Notes under the pieces: model-generated
Told to the model about the DNA's origin: nothing
What the model saw: only the letters and a program-made list of their open reading frames with translations
Databases searched by the model: none
Assembly (NCBI GenBank): GCA_963919845.1
Contig: CAWTZT010000024.1
Location: 1 to 33,426, forward strand
Origin: Thaumarchaeota archaeon CSP1-1
Lineage (GTDB): Archaea > Thermoproteota > Nitrososphaeria > Nitrososphaerales > Nitrosopumilaceae
Reading direction: 5' to 3'
Length of the DNA: 33,426 bases
Shown here: positions 17,063 through 25,229 of the stretch, piece after piece
Layout of the letters: the number at the start of each line of letters is the position of its first letter
Numbering within the stretch: the stretch's first letter is position 1
Translations under genes and position numbers: made by a program

Positions 17063-18364
17063 CTAAGCCTTTGTTATTTTTGGAATTACTTTATCTCCTA
17101 CCTTAATTAAAAATGGCGTAATAATAGCAGAAATTATTGAGATTATTCCTATCAGTGGGAAAAGAAATGCACTTACAACACCCAAATCTGCACCGACTTT
17201 GACAATTACTATTGAGAATTCTCCACGGGGGGCAGCAAGCGTAAATGCGGTTCGAAGAGATTTTCTTGCAGGTTGTCTAAAAACAAAGTTTCCAAGCATA
17301 TTTCCACCAAATTTCATTCCTATTGCAACAGCCATTAAAGCAATTGCAATGAAAATGTAATTTTGAAGCTGAGAAATATCCATTAGGGCACCAACTGAGA
17401 CAAAGAAAATTGCTACAAACATGTCTTTAATGGGACTGGATAAAATTTTAGAAACTTCAGCTGATTTTGATTCAGCAACCAAAACCCCAGCTAAAAATGC
17501 TCCAATTGCTACTGATAATCCTACAACATTAGCTAATAGTGCATAACCGAAACATACACCTAACACACTTAGAAGTAAGATCTCTTTATTTTCTGCACTA
17601 GCCACCCTGTCTATTAGAGGTGGGATTACCTTTGTACCAATAGTAAATGTACCAACAATTAATCCGACAGCAACAGCAAGTACAACAGCTACACTTTCAA
17701 TTGATACAGTACCAACCAAGGCTACTGATTGCAAAGTAGAGATTAGAATAACTGCAATGACGTCTTCAACTATTAAGATGCCCAATACTATAATGGATGA
17801 TTCTTTTTTAATTCGTCCTAAATCAGAGAGAATTTTTACAATTATTGCAGTACTACTAATTGAAAGTGCAGCTGCGATAAAAATTGAATCCATAAAGTTT
17901 AGTCCAAGCAAAGTTGCCACATAAAAAACTGCTCCCAATGTTGAGAACAAACCAAGTGTTCCAATACCTATTGCATATCTACCAATTGAACGAATTTTTG
18001 CATAAGGAAATTCTATTCCGATTACAAAAAGCAGCAAAATTACTCCGATGTCTGCAAAAAGATTAAGTGTTGATATATCCGACAAAATCCCAACTCCTTC
18101 TATTCCTTCTGATGGAGGACCACCTTCTGGGAGTAACCAGGCCCATAATGGTGACAAAGGACCAATTAACATTCCTGCAAACAAGTAACCAATGATCAGT
18201 GGTTGTCTTATTCTAAAAAAAGCCAGTGTAACTATGGCTGCCAATATCATAATAATAGCTAAATCAGTAACAAAATCTGAATGTGGTAATTCAAAGGGAT
18301 TAATTCTTTCAAAAAAGTTCAAAACACTTTCCTGCGAACCAGTTTGAAGAAAATAATTTTGCAT
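17063..18364 (-). CDS. Monovalent cation:proton antiporter-2 (CPA2, Kef/NapA-type Na+/K+-H+ exchanger), membrane domain only
   Basis: 433 aa with about 12 TM segments. LIIGYLFAGMLIGP, ...IGIEF..., GEFSIVI are typical Na_H_Exchanger motifs. No RCK/TrkA domain. Confidence 0.85.
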   Translation of the reverse strand: MQNYFLQTGSQESVLNFFERINPFELPHSDFVTDLAIIMILAAIVTLAFFRIRQPLIIGYLFAGMLIGPLSPLWAWLLPEGGPPSEGIEGVGILSDISTLNLFADIGVILLLFVIGIEFPYAKIRSIGRYAIGIGTLGLFSTLGAVFYVATLLGLNFMDSIFIAAALSISSTAIIVKILSDLGRIKKESSIIVLGILIVEDVIAVILISTLQSVALVGTVSIESVAVVLAVAVGLIVGTFTIGTKVIPPLIDRVASAENKEILLLSVLGVCFGYALLANVVGLSVAIGAFLAGVLVAESKSAEVSKILSSPIKDMFVAIFFVSVGALMDISQLQNYIFIAIALMAVAIGMKFGGNMLGNFVFRQPARKSLRTAFTLAAPRGEFSIVIVKVGADLGVVSAFLFPLIGIISIISAIITPFLIKVGDKVIPKITKA

Positions 18365-18442
18365 CTGTTCAATTACTCTAATTTGTTTAAAAACAATTTA
18401 GCTATGGAACCTCTTTATTTCAGAAAAAGTAAATGATGAGAG

Positions 18443-18505
18443 CCTGGGATGATGATCAGAGTGACTGATTACATGAGGAAATATGCTCTGGGGTATCTGA
18501 CCAGC
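18443..18505 (+). ncRNA. Candidate C/D-box sRNA
   Basis: Reads ccUGGg-AUGAUGA(18449-55)-ucagaguga-CUGA(18465-68)-uuac-AUGAGGA(18473-79)-17 nt-CUGA(18497-500)-CCAG. Terminal stem is CUGG (18444-47)/CCAG (18501-04). ctttattt (18413-20) lies about 27 nt upstream of the predicted 5' end. The guide spacers (9 and 17 nt as boxed) differ from the canonical ~12 nt, so the internal boxes may be placed differently. Confidence 0.3.
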
Positions 18506-18545
18506 ACGTCTTTGGGTAACGTCACTATTACCTAGCTGTTAATAG

Positions 18546-18562
18546 TACGGTACAGTACCGTA
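18546..18562. promoter_or_regulatory. Perfect palindrome TACGGTAC-A-GTACCGTA between a TATA-like box and a small ORF
   Basis: Two 8-nt arms with a 1-nt centre, read directly. TTAATAGT (18539-46) lies immediately upstream and the ATG at 18568 lies 6 nt downstream. This position is typical for an archaeal repressor operator. Confidence 0.3.
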
Positions 18563-18567
18563 ATTCT

Positions 18568-18675
18568 ATGATAGTATGTGAATATTGCACAGCACAGTTT
18601 GTGGAAAACATGAACGGATTGGTTGCAAAAACCTTCCACGAGATACTCCATGAGCCAGATACGGTCAACAATTAG
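18568..18675 (+). CDS. Candidate 35-aa C2H2-like zinc-finger micro-protein
   Basis: Manual translation: MIVCEYCTAQFVENMNGLVAKTFHEILHEPDTVNN*. The pattern is C-x2-C-x3-F-...-H-x3-H with a C-to-H spacer of 16 instead of 12. The TATA-like box is centred about 26 nt upstream of the ATG. Confidence 0.3.
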   Translation: MIVCEYCTAQFVENMNGLVAKTFHEILHEPDTVNN

Positions 18676-18710
18676 CTTCAAAATTTTAGAAATAGTTTTG
18701 ACCTAACTTT

Positions 18711-18720
18711 TTTATCTATA
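18711..18720 (+). promoter_or_regulatory. TATA-box candidate for the 18740 gene
   Basis: tttatctata is centred about 25 nt upstream of the ATG at 18740. The same 11-mer tttatctatac occurs upstream of rpoD at 30251. Confidence 0.35.
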
Positions 18721-18739
18721 CTAATACAAGTAAAGACAG

Positions 18740-20077
18740 ATGGCAACAAAAACTAAAAAATCTAGTTCAAAGTCAGTTAAGAAAAAGAATACAAAAACAA
18801 AAAGTGTAGCCAAAAAAGCACCTAGCAATTCTGCATTATTAAAAAAGGTTGCAAACGTATCTGATTCCAATAAAATATTATCAAAAGAAATAAAATCAAT
18901 GACTAAAATTTTTGCTGATAATCAAAAGGTGCTCATCTCTATTAAAAACATGATCGATACTGTGAGTTCTACCCTTGAACAAATTCAAAAACAGTCTAGA
19001 CAGATCAATATTATTGAAGAAGATACCCAGAAATTATTTTCAGGTCTGAATCAAGTTAGAGGACAATCAAAATTAGTTTCAAAAATCAATGATCAGACTA
19101 ATCTTCTTCAGGAAAAGATTTCTAAAATTACAGAAACACAGAGAGCTCAGCCTGCTGGTGAAAAAATCTTGCAAAAAGTATCAGATAGCTTTGATTCAAT
19201 TCGAAATAACTCAAAAATGATTATGAAAATTTCTCAAAGAATTGACGAAGTAAGAGATGATATAAACAAGGTTTCAGCTAAAGCAGGTTCTTCTACAATT
19301 GGAACTGAGATAGGAGACATTAGAAGAAAAATAGAATCAATATCAGGTAAAGCAGAACAAATAGAATCCCTAAGAGGGGTGATGAGTAATTTGAAAGAAG
19401 AATTACAATCAGTTGTATCAAATACAAAGTCAGTGTCTGGAATAACAGACCAGATAGATGAGATTAAACAAAACATCCAGTCCATTTCAAGTAGAACTGG
19501 AAATATAGGCGGAGAGTTGACAAATCTTAAGAACCAATTAGGAGGAATTGCCTCTAAAACCGAGGAAAAAATTTCAGGATTTTCTTCACTTTTGAATAGG
19601 TCTGACCAGGCATCCTCAGAATTCCATAAGAAAACAAATGAAATTATTCAGGAAATTCATGGAATAAAAAATGCCACAAACAAGGCATCTGAGAGTACTT
19701 CAAAGGAAGTATTGGCTTTGTTAAAATTATCTGAATATCAATCAAACATTAGAATGCAGGCTGAATCAAAATATGGAACATTAAATGATCTTGAAAAAAT
19801 GGCTACACAGACTTCGGAAATGGTAAATCTGTTTGATAAATTATCAATAGAGTCAGAGAAAAAAATTGTATTGCCCCATGAAGTTAGAAAATGGGCAGTA
19901 AGTAAGATACTAGACAGTGCAGATAGATGGGAAATTCGATTTACTGATGTATACAAGTTACTTGCAAATCAATTGGGAAATAATCTCTTAAAAGAAGCAA
20001 TTAGGTTGCAACAGGTAAGAGACATTTATGGAATTCGAGCAGTTGATGAAATTAGACAAGAACTAAATCTTACCTAA
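18740..20077 (+). CDS. Lineage-specific coiled-coil protein with Lys-rich N-terminal tail
   Basis: 445 aa. The first 36 residues contain about a dozen Lys (MATKTKKSSSKSVKKKNTKTKSVAKK...). The long middle region has heptad-like I/L spacing and five 22-24-aa repeats (aa 167-280). The C-terminal ~110 aa looks globular. Confidence 0.7.
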   Translation: MATKTKKSSSKSVKKKNTKTKSVAKKAPSNSALLKKVANVSDSNKILSKEIKSMTKIFADNQKVLISIKNMIDTVSSTLEQIQKQSRQINIIEEDTQKLFSGLNQVRGQSKLVSKINDQTNLLQEKISKITETQRAQPAGEKILQKVSDSFDSIRNNSKMIMKISQRIDEVRDDINKVSAKAGSSTIGTEIGDIRRKIESISGKAEQIESLRGVMSNLKEELQSVVSNTKSVSGITDQIDEIKQNIQSISSRTGNIGGELTNLKNQLGGIASKTEEKISGFSSLLNRSDQASSEFHKKTNEIIQEIHGIKNATNKASESTSKEVLALLKLSEYQSNIRMQAESKYGTLNDLEKMATQTSEMVNLFDKLSIESEKKIVLPHEVRKWAVSKILDSADRWEIRFTDVYKLLANQLGNNLLKEAIRLQQVRDIYGIRAVDEIRQELNLT

Positions 20078-22095
20078 ATACCATCAGTGGCATCAGAAGT
20101 TTGTAGTTGTGCTTTCTTTCTCTTTAATAATGTGAAAATTCCTAAAATTGCTGCAATCCAAACTACAGTAAATACAATGTTGATAAAGTTAACATACAGG
20201 TATGGGGTTATATCTTCAAGATTTTCCTGTAAAACAAGTGACCTATCACTTAGATCAATCATTCCTGTATTGAATACAGAACTATCTTTAGGGACTGAAG
20301 CAAGTAATTCAACATTTACAATCATAACATCCAAATCTTTTTGAATTCTATTCCAATCAGTAGATGGGGTTGGAAAAATCCAAACTGGATTTCCTTCTTC
20401 TCTAAGAAGTCCTTTGATTTCTTTAAGATCTGCTAAAATAGAATGAGGATCTGATGAAATCATAATTCTATCTAAAAACCCACGTGAAATATCAACTGGA
20501 TAAACATCATTTTCATAACCGGTATATGCCATGTACGCTGCAAAAATTATCAGTGCAGCAATTCCTCCCATTGCAAATTTGTAAAGTACTTTAGCCATTT
20601 TTTCTTCCTTTGTTAGGTATTGATTTTTGTTTTGCTTGTCTCTTTTATATCTTGTATGCGATAAACTCAGAGAGGCAATATAGAAAAACCCAACTACGTG
20701 AATTCCTATAATTGGAACAAATATTGGGTTGTTTGAAAAAATGGCAATAAAAATTCCAAACACGCCATAAATTCCAAAGAAAATTTCAAGCAAGGTAGTT
20801 TTTGTAAATGGTAAATTGTAGGCTTTATCTTTCCAATCATCAGTATTCTTAATTATGCCGTATTTTGGAGTGCGCAAAAATTCATTTTTCTTTCCAAATA
20901 TAGCATCAAATACTGCAACAGTATTGTTTACAGACAATCCTACTGAATATACAAATAACACTGGTAGTGCTTTGGCTTTGTATTTCCAATTTTTTTTCCA
21001 TAACTTGTGGATTACAAGAAGATATGCACCTGGGCCCATTGCCAAATAAGCAGCTATAGTTATTGCAGGTATGAAACTTACAATGTAGAGATTAATTTCT
21101 GCAGCTAGAATAATTGGAAGTGTTAGAAATTGTATCAACATTAATGGAAAAACTATATGTCTTGTAAGCTGTACAAATGCTTGAAGTTTTGCTTCAAATG
21201 TAATTTTGCGTTTTACTAAAATATCTGAAAGGAGTTTTACTGCGCATTGTATGGAGCCTTTTGCCCACCTAAACTGTTGTCTTTTGGCACCATTCATCTG
21301 TACAGGCAGCTCAGCTTTTACAACAATGTTAGGCAAGAACAAACATTTCCAACCTTTCATTTGTGCCCTGTAACTCAAATCCAAATCCTCTACCAGAGTA
21401 GCTGTATGCCATCCACCAGCATCATCAATGCATTCTTTTCTCCAAATTCCTGCAGTGCCATTAAAATTCATAAAAAGATGTGAGTTACTTTTTGCTCTTT
21501 GTTCAACTAGAAAATGCAGATCAAGACTTAGTGCTTGAGCCTGAGTAAGAGAAGAATAATTCTCATTTAGGTGACCCCATCTACATTGAACCAACCCAAT
21601 GTTTGATTTTGAAAAATATGAAATTGCTTTTTTTAAAAACCAATCTGGTGGAATGAAATCAGCATCAAATATTGCTACATATTCTGAATTTGTAGATTTC
21701 ATTGCATACTTGAGTGCCCCTGCTTTGTAACCTGATCTAGTTCCTCTTCTGATATGAACAATATCATATCCATTTTTTTGGTGTTCATTAACAAGATTCT
21801 CTAAAAGTTCTACTGTGTCATCATCAGAATCATCAAGAATCATTATACGCATTCGGTCTTTTGGATAATCCATGGCACATACTGCATTTACGAGCCTGGC
21901 TGCGACATATTTTTCGTTGTAGATAGGTAGTTGAATAGTGATGGTAGGCTCGTTCATTGAAATAATTGTATTCTTATCATTTCTTCGTGATGAGAGAAAT
22001 GCTAGATAGTAAAAATTGCAAGTGTAAGCTGTGATAATAATTGCAGCAATGATAAAGAGATCAAACATTAAAAAAGTAAAAGGATTGCCAGCCAT
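20074..22095 (-). CDS. Processive family-2 glycosyltransferase (CslA/cellulose-synthase-like beta-glycan synthase) with long C-terminal membrane/extracytoplasmic extension
   Basis: Motifs ILDDSDDDT, AIFDADFIPP (DxD), LVEDLDLSYRAQ (TED-like), RQQFRWAKG (QxxRW). FMNFNGTAGIWRKECIDDAGGWHTATLVEDLDLSYRAQMKGWKCLFL closely parallels plant CslA/CslC mannan/glucan synthases. The track starts at GTG 22107. ATG 22095 fits better with tatttatat (22123-31, a TATA on the minus strand). Confidence 0.85.
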   Translation of the reverse strand: MAGNPFTFLMFDLFIIAAIIITAYTCNFYYLAFLSSRRNDKNTIISMNEPTITIQLPIYNEKYVAARLVNAVCAMDYPKDRMRIMILDDSDDDTVELLENLVNEHQKNGYDIVHIRRGTRSGYKAGALKYAMKSTNSEYVAIFDADFIPPDWFLKKAISYFSKSNIGLVQCRWGHLNENYSSLTQAQALSLDLHFLVEQRAKSNSHLFMNFNGTAGIWRKECIDDAGGWHTATLVEDLDLSYRAQMKGWKCLFLPNIVVKAELPVQMNGAKRQQFRWAKGSIQCAVKLLSDILVKRKITFEAKLQAFVQLTRHIVFPLMLIQFLTLPIILAAEINLYIVSFIPAITIAAYLAMGPGAYLLVIHKLWKKNWKYKAKALPVLFVYSVGLSVNNTVAVFDAIFGKKNEFLRTPKYGIIKNTDDWKDKAYNLPFTKTTLLEIFFGIYGVFGIFIAIFSNNPIFVPIIGIHVVGFFYIASLSLSHTRYKRDKQNKNQYLTKEEKMAKVLYKFAMGGIAALIIFAAYMAYTGYENDVYPVDISRGFLDRIMISSDPHSILADLKEIKGLLREEGNPVWIFPTPSTDWNRIQKDLDVMIVNVELLASVPKDSSVFNTGMIDLSDRSLVLQENLEDITPYLYVNFINIVFTVVWIAAILGIFTLLKRKKAQLQTSDATDGI

Positions 22096-22165
22096 TCCTA
22101 GTATCACAAAAACAGCATTTTGTATTTATATGTGTGAGGAATGATTTCTAAAAGTAGAAGAAAGA

Positions 22166-23116
22166 TTATTTCTTGTCAAAAATTTTGATTGCTACTGGTG
22201 GACACACGCCTTCACAGGCAAGACAAAATATGCAATCAGGTTCTTTGTCCATTAGTGGTTTCTTTTCAGATGCTGGACTACCTGGAGAATCAAACCAATG
22301 GAAAACATCTACAGGACAAGCATCAATACATGCGCCATCTGCAACACAGATATCAAAGTCAATTGATACAGTTTCTCCCCATATACCCATTATTCCATTA
22401 TCCGCACCAACTCGTCCCCAAGTTTTGATATTATATCCATCTGCAGCATAGGATGCAGATTCTCCCATCTTTGATTTGTATTCCACATCAATTGGTCCAG
22501 GTTTTATTCCACCTCCCTTCCAGGCTTGTGCGACTTGTCCAGTAGCTTCTGGTAGTTCTTCTTTGATTACAGGAATTGGTTTTGCGTCTGGTACTATTTT
22601 TGCAAGAGGAGTCATCTCTTCTAATTTTTTAAGTGCTTGTGCTTCTGTAAGTTTTTCAGCTTTGATAAAATTTTCAATCAATTTGTCGGCAAGAATTGTA
22701 TTACGTAAGATAGTATCAATAATCATTTTTGCAAAATGATCGGCTTTTTTTCTATAATTTTTTACCCATTGTGGATCACCAAATTTTTCAATTGGAAATA
22801 TTTGATAAATTAAATCAACAACTTCACCAGTTACTATCTCTACTGTTACATTTAGCTCAACTTGCTCATATCCCTTAGCATCTGGATCTGGAATGTTTTC
22901 TTCTGTCCAAGTATAAGTTGCATAAATTCGGTCAGCATATGCATCCATGGAAAAAGTATTTTTCATTCCATCATGAACTGATTTAATCTCTAGTGGTTCA
23001 TCGAGTTTTATAGGGAGACGGTATAAACCGAGTTTGTACCCATGTAGTGGATAAACTCCACGTTTTGCAGTAGAAGCCTCCATTGTGTAAACTCGATCTT
23101 TTAAGAGAAGGGACAT
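22166..23116 (-). CDS. Fusion protein: ~245-aa N-terminal domain of unknown function plus C-terminal Sulfolobus-type di-cluster [3Fe-4S][4Fe-4S] ferredoxin
   Basis: The C-terminus reads GIWGETVSIDFDICVADGACIDACPVDVFHWFDSPGSPASEKKPLMDKEPDCIFCLACEGVCPPVAIKI. This is near-collinear with my recollection of the Sulfolobus zinc ferredoxin (...GVDFDLCIADGSCI.ACPVNVFQW...PGHPASEKKADP....CIFCMACVNVCPVAAI). The first motif is CxxDxxCxxxCP (3Fe type) and the second is CxxCxxCxxxCP. Confidence 0.8.
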   Translation of the reverse strand: MSLLLKDRVYTMEASTAKRGVYPLHGYKLGLYRLPIKLDEPLEIKSVHDGMKNTFSMDAYADRIYATYTWTEENIPDPDAKGYEQVELNVTVEIVTGEVVDLIYQIFPIEKFGDPQWVKNYRKKADHFAKMIIDTILRNTILADKLIENFIKAEKLTEAQALKKLEEMTPLAKIVPDAKPIPVIKEELPEATGQVAQAWKGGGIKPGPIDVEYKSKMGESASYAADGYNIKTWGRVGADNGIMGIWGETVSIDFDICVADGACIDACPVDVFHWFDSPGSPASEKKPLMDKEPDCIFCLACEGVCPPVAIKIFDKK

Positions 23117-23153
23117 TAAGTTTATGTTATTTAAGATTGTTTAAAAATCTTCT

Positions 23154-23465
23154 CTAGTCTGAGTCATCCGGACAAGTTAACTCTCTTAGTTCTTTGTACT
23201 TTTTTTCCATTGCCTCTGCATGTTCAAGGACTTTTTCTAATTCATATTGTTTTTTAGGAAAAAACCATCTAATTGGGACCCAATGACCAATCCCATCCAT
23301 GTCATGTATCATTCCTTTTTCAGCTTCAACGTTAAGTTTTTCATCAATTGATCTTTCTTTAACTGTTAATCCTCTTTTTGTCTTATCTTCCATGATAAGA
23401 TTCGTGTCACCGTCTTTGATTAAATAAAAACTTCCTTTTTTTAGGATTGGATAATCCTTGCTCAT
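23154..23465 (-). CDS. Hypothetical protein (103 aa), abuts the rhodanese gene
   Basis: ATG ORF whose start abuts the rhodanese stop (TAA 23466-68 / ATG 23463-65). No motif recognised. Confidence 0.55.
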   Translation of the reverse strand: MSKDYPILKKGSFYLIKDGDTNLIMEDKTKRGLTVKERSIDEKLNVEAEKGMIHDMDGIGHWVPIRWFFPKKQYELEKVLEHAEAMEKKYKELRELTCPDDSD

Positions 23466-24311
23466 TTATTTTTCAATTGGGTTTTTAATCATGTTTCCCC
23501 ATTCAGTCCAAGAGCCATCATAGTTTCTAACATTTGGGTAGCCAAGAAGATATTTTAGGACAAACCATGAATGCGAAGAGCGTTCTCCAATTCTACAATA
23601 GCAAATGACATTTTTGTCTGAAGTTATTCCTTTTGATTCGTAAATTTGTTTTAGTTCTTCAACTGATTTGAAAGTTCCATCTGCATCATTAACAGCTGTT
23701 GCCCAAGGAATGTTGTTTGCACCAGGTATGTGACCGCCTCGTTGAGCATGTTCCATTGGATATTCTGGTGGTGCAGTAATTTCACCGGTAAATTCTTTTG
23801 GGGATCTAACATCCACCATAACTATATTATTATCATCTAAAGCTTTTTTGACACCATCTAGGTAATCACGAATTTGTTCGTCAGGTTCTTTTGCAGAGTA
23901 TGATGTTTTTTCAATTTGAGGTTCTTCAGTAGTATATTCTCTATTTTCTAATTCCCATTTTTTTCTTCCACCATTCATTATCTTTATATTTTTATGTCCA
24001 TAATATTTGAAAACCCAAAAAGAAAATGCTGCAAACCAGTTGTTAAAATCACCATACATTATTACTTCAGTGTCAGACTTAATTCCATTTTTTGCCATTA
24101 ATTCTTCAAATAGTTCTTTGTTTATGATATCACGTGCTATAGGATCGTTGATGTCACGTTTCCACCAGATTAAACTAGATCCTTTAATGTGACCTTTTCT
24201 ATATCCATTTTCAGGATCATAATCTACTTCAACAAACTTTCGATTTTCATTTGGAGGATTTTGTGATACCCATTCTGTATCTACTAAAACTTCAGGATGA
24301 ACGTAACTCAT
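23466..24311 (-). CDS. Two-domain rhodanese (thiosulfate/3-mercaptopyruvate sulfurtransferase, SseA/CysA-like)
   Basis: 281 aa with tandem rhodanese domains. The active-site loop CYCRIGERSSH (CRxGxR[ST]) lies in the C-terminal domain. The N-terminal ...GHIKGS... inactive domain is typical. Confidence 0.85.
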   Translation of the reverse strand: MSYVHPEVLVDTEWVSQNPPNENRKFVEVDYDPENGYRKGHIKGSSLIWWKRDINDPIARDIINKELFEELMAKNGIKSDTEVIMYGDFNNWFAAFSFWVFKYYGHKNIKIMNGGRKKWELENREYTTEEPQIEKTSYSAKEPDEQIRDYLDGVKKALDDNNIVMVDVRSPKEFTGEITAPPEYPMEHAQRGGHIPGANNIPWATAVNDADGTFKSVEELKQIYESKGITSDKNVICYCRIGERSSHSWFVLKYLLGYPNVRNYDGSWTEWGNMIKNPIEK

Positions 24312-24413
24312 TTTGATAATAGTTACAAATCTTTATTCCTACTTATTTGTTTGTCATAATTCACAGTAGGTAAAACTATGATTTTTAAATGAAACAAAAT
24401 AGATTGATTTAGC

Positions 24414-25229
24414 TTGAAATTAAACAAAGTTGCAGTAGTAAGTAAATTTGGGTCTAAAGAATCTGAAGACGCTGGAAAAAAAGTTGCAAAAAAATTGCTC
24501 TCAAAAAAAGCTGAGGTATACACAGTTTCTCCTGTTAAAGTTAAAGGTGCAAAACACGTTGAATCAATGGAAGAGCTTAGAAATAAAAAATTAGATTTGG
24601 TTATCACACTTGGTGGTGACGGCACTACTTTACGTACATTCAGGTATTTACAAAATGATACTCCATTACTTGGAATAAACGTAGGAGGCAATAGAGGAAT
24701 TTTATCTGAAATTACAATTGAGGAAATTGATAAAGCAATAAAACAAATTACAAGTGGAAAAATTTTTCTCGATAAAAGAATAAGAGTTAATGCATCTTGT
24801 GGAGGAGAAGAATTTCCTCCGGCATTAAATGAGATTTACATCAATAGAAAACATTTAACAAAAACAGCAGATATTGAAATTAAATTTCAAGATGATACAG
24901 TTAAACAAAAAATGGATGGAGTAATCATTGCCACGCCTAGTGGGTCTACTGGTCATTCGTTTTCACTTGGAGGGCCTATACTTCATGAAAGTCTTGGTGT
25001 ATTGATTATAACACCTATTGCTCCAGTATACAGATTAGCATCAATTGTTGTTCCAGATGATAAAATTGAAGTAATTTGTTCACATGATTGTAACATTGTA
25101 ATGGATGCACAAGTTGTAAAATCAGCAGGTTTTGATGAACCAATTATAATAAAAAAATACAAAAAACCTGCAATTTTTGTAAGATTAAAAAAACGTGGAT
25201 TACGTCAGATGGGCAAACTTGGATTCTAG
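24414..25229 (+). CDS. nadK: NAD+ kinase
   Basis: Motifs LVITLGGDGTTLRT (GGDGT), NxGxxGFL-like GINVGGNRGILSE, and ATPSGSTGHSFSLGGPI (TGSTAY-like). TTG start in the track. Confidence 0.85.
   Translation: MKLNKVAVVSKFGSKESEDAGKKVAKKLLSKKAEVYTVSPVKVKGAKHVESMEELRNKKLDLVITLGGDGTTLRTFRYLQNDTPLLGINVGGNRGILSEITIEEIDKAIKQITSGKIFLDKRIRVNASCGGEEFPPALNEIYINRKHLTKTADIEIKFQDDTVKQKMDGVIIATPSGSTGHSFSLGGPILHESLGVLIITPIAPVYRLASIVVPDDKIEVICSHDCNIVMDAQVVKSAGFDEPIIIKKYKKPAIFVRLKKRGLRQMGKLGF

Noticed and set aside
18433-18439. Second AUGAUGA box 10 nt upstream of the proposed C box
   Set aside because: It has no matching CUGA at guide distance and no terminal stem partner. It would lie upstream of the TSS inferred from the TATA-like element, so it is probably fortuitous.
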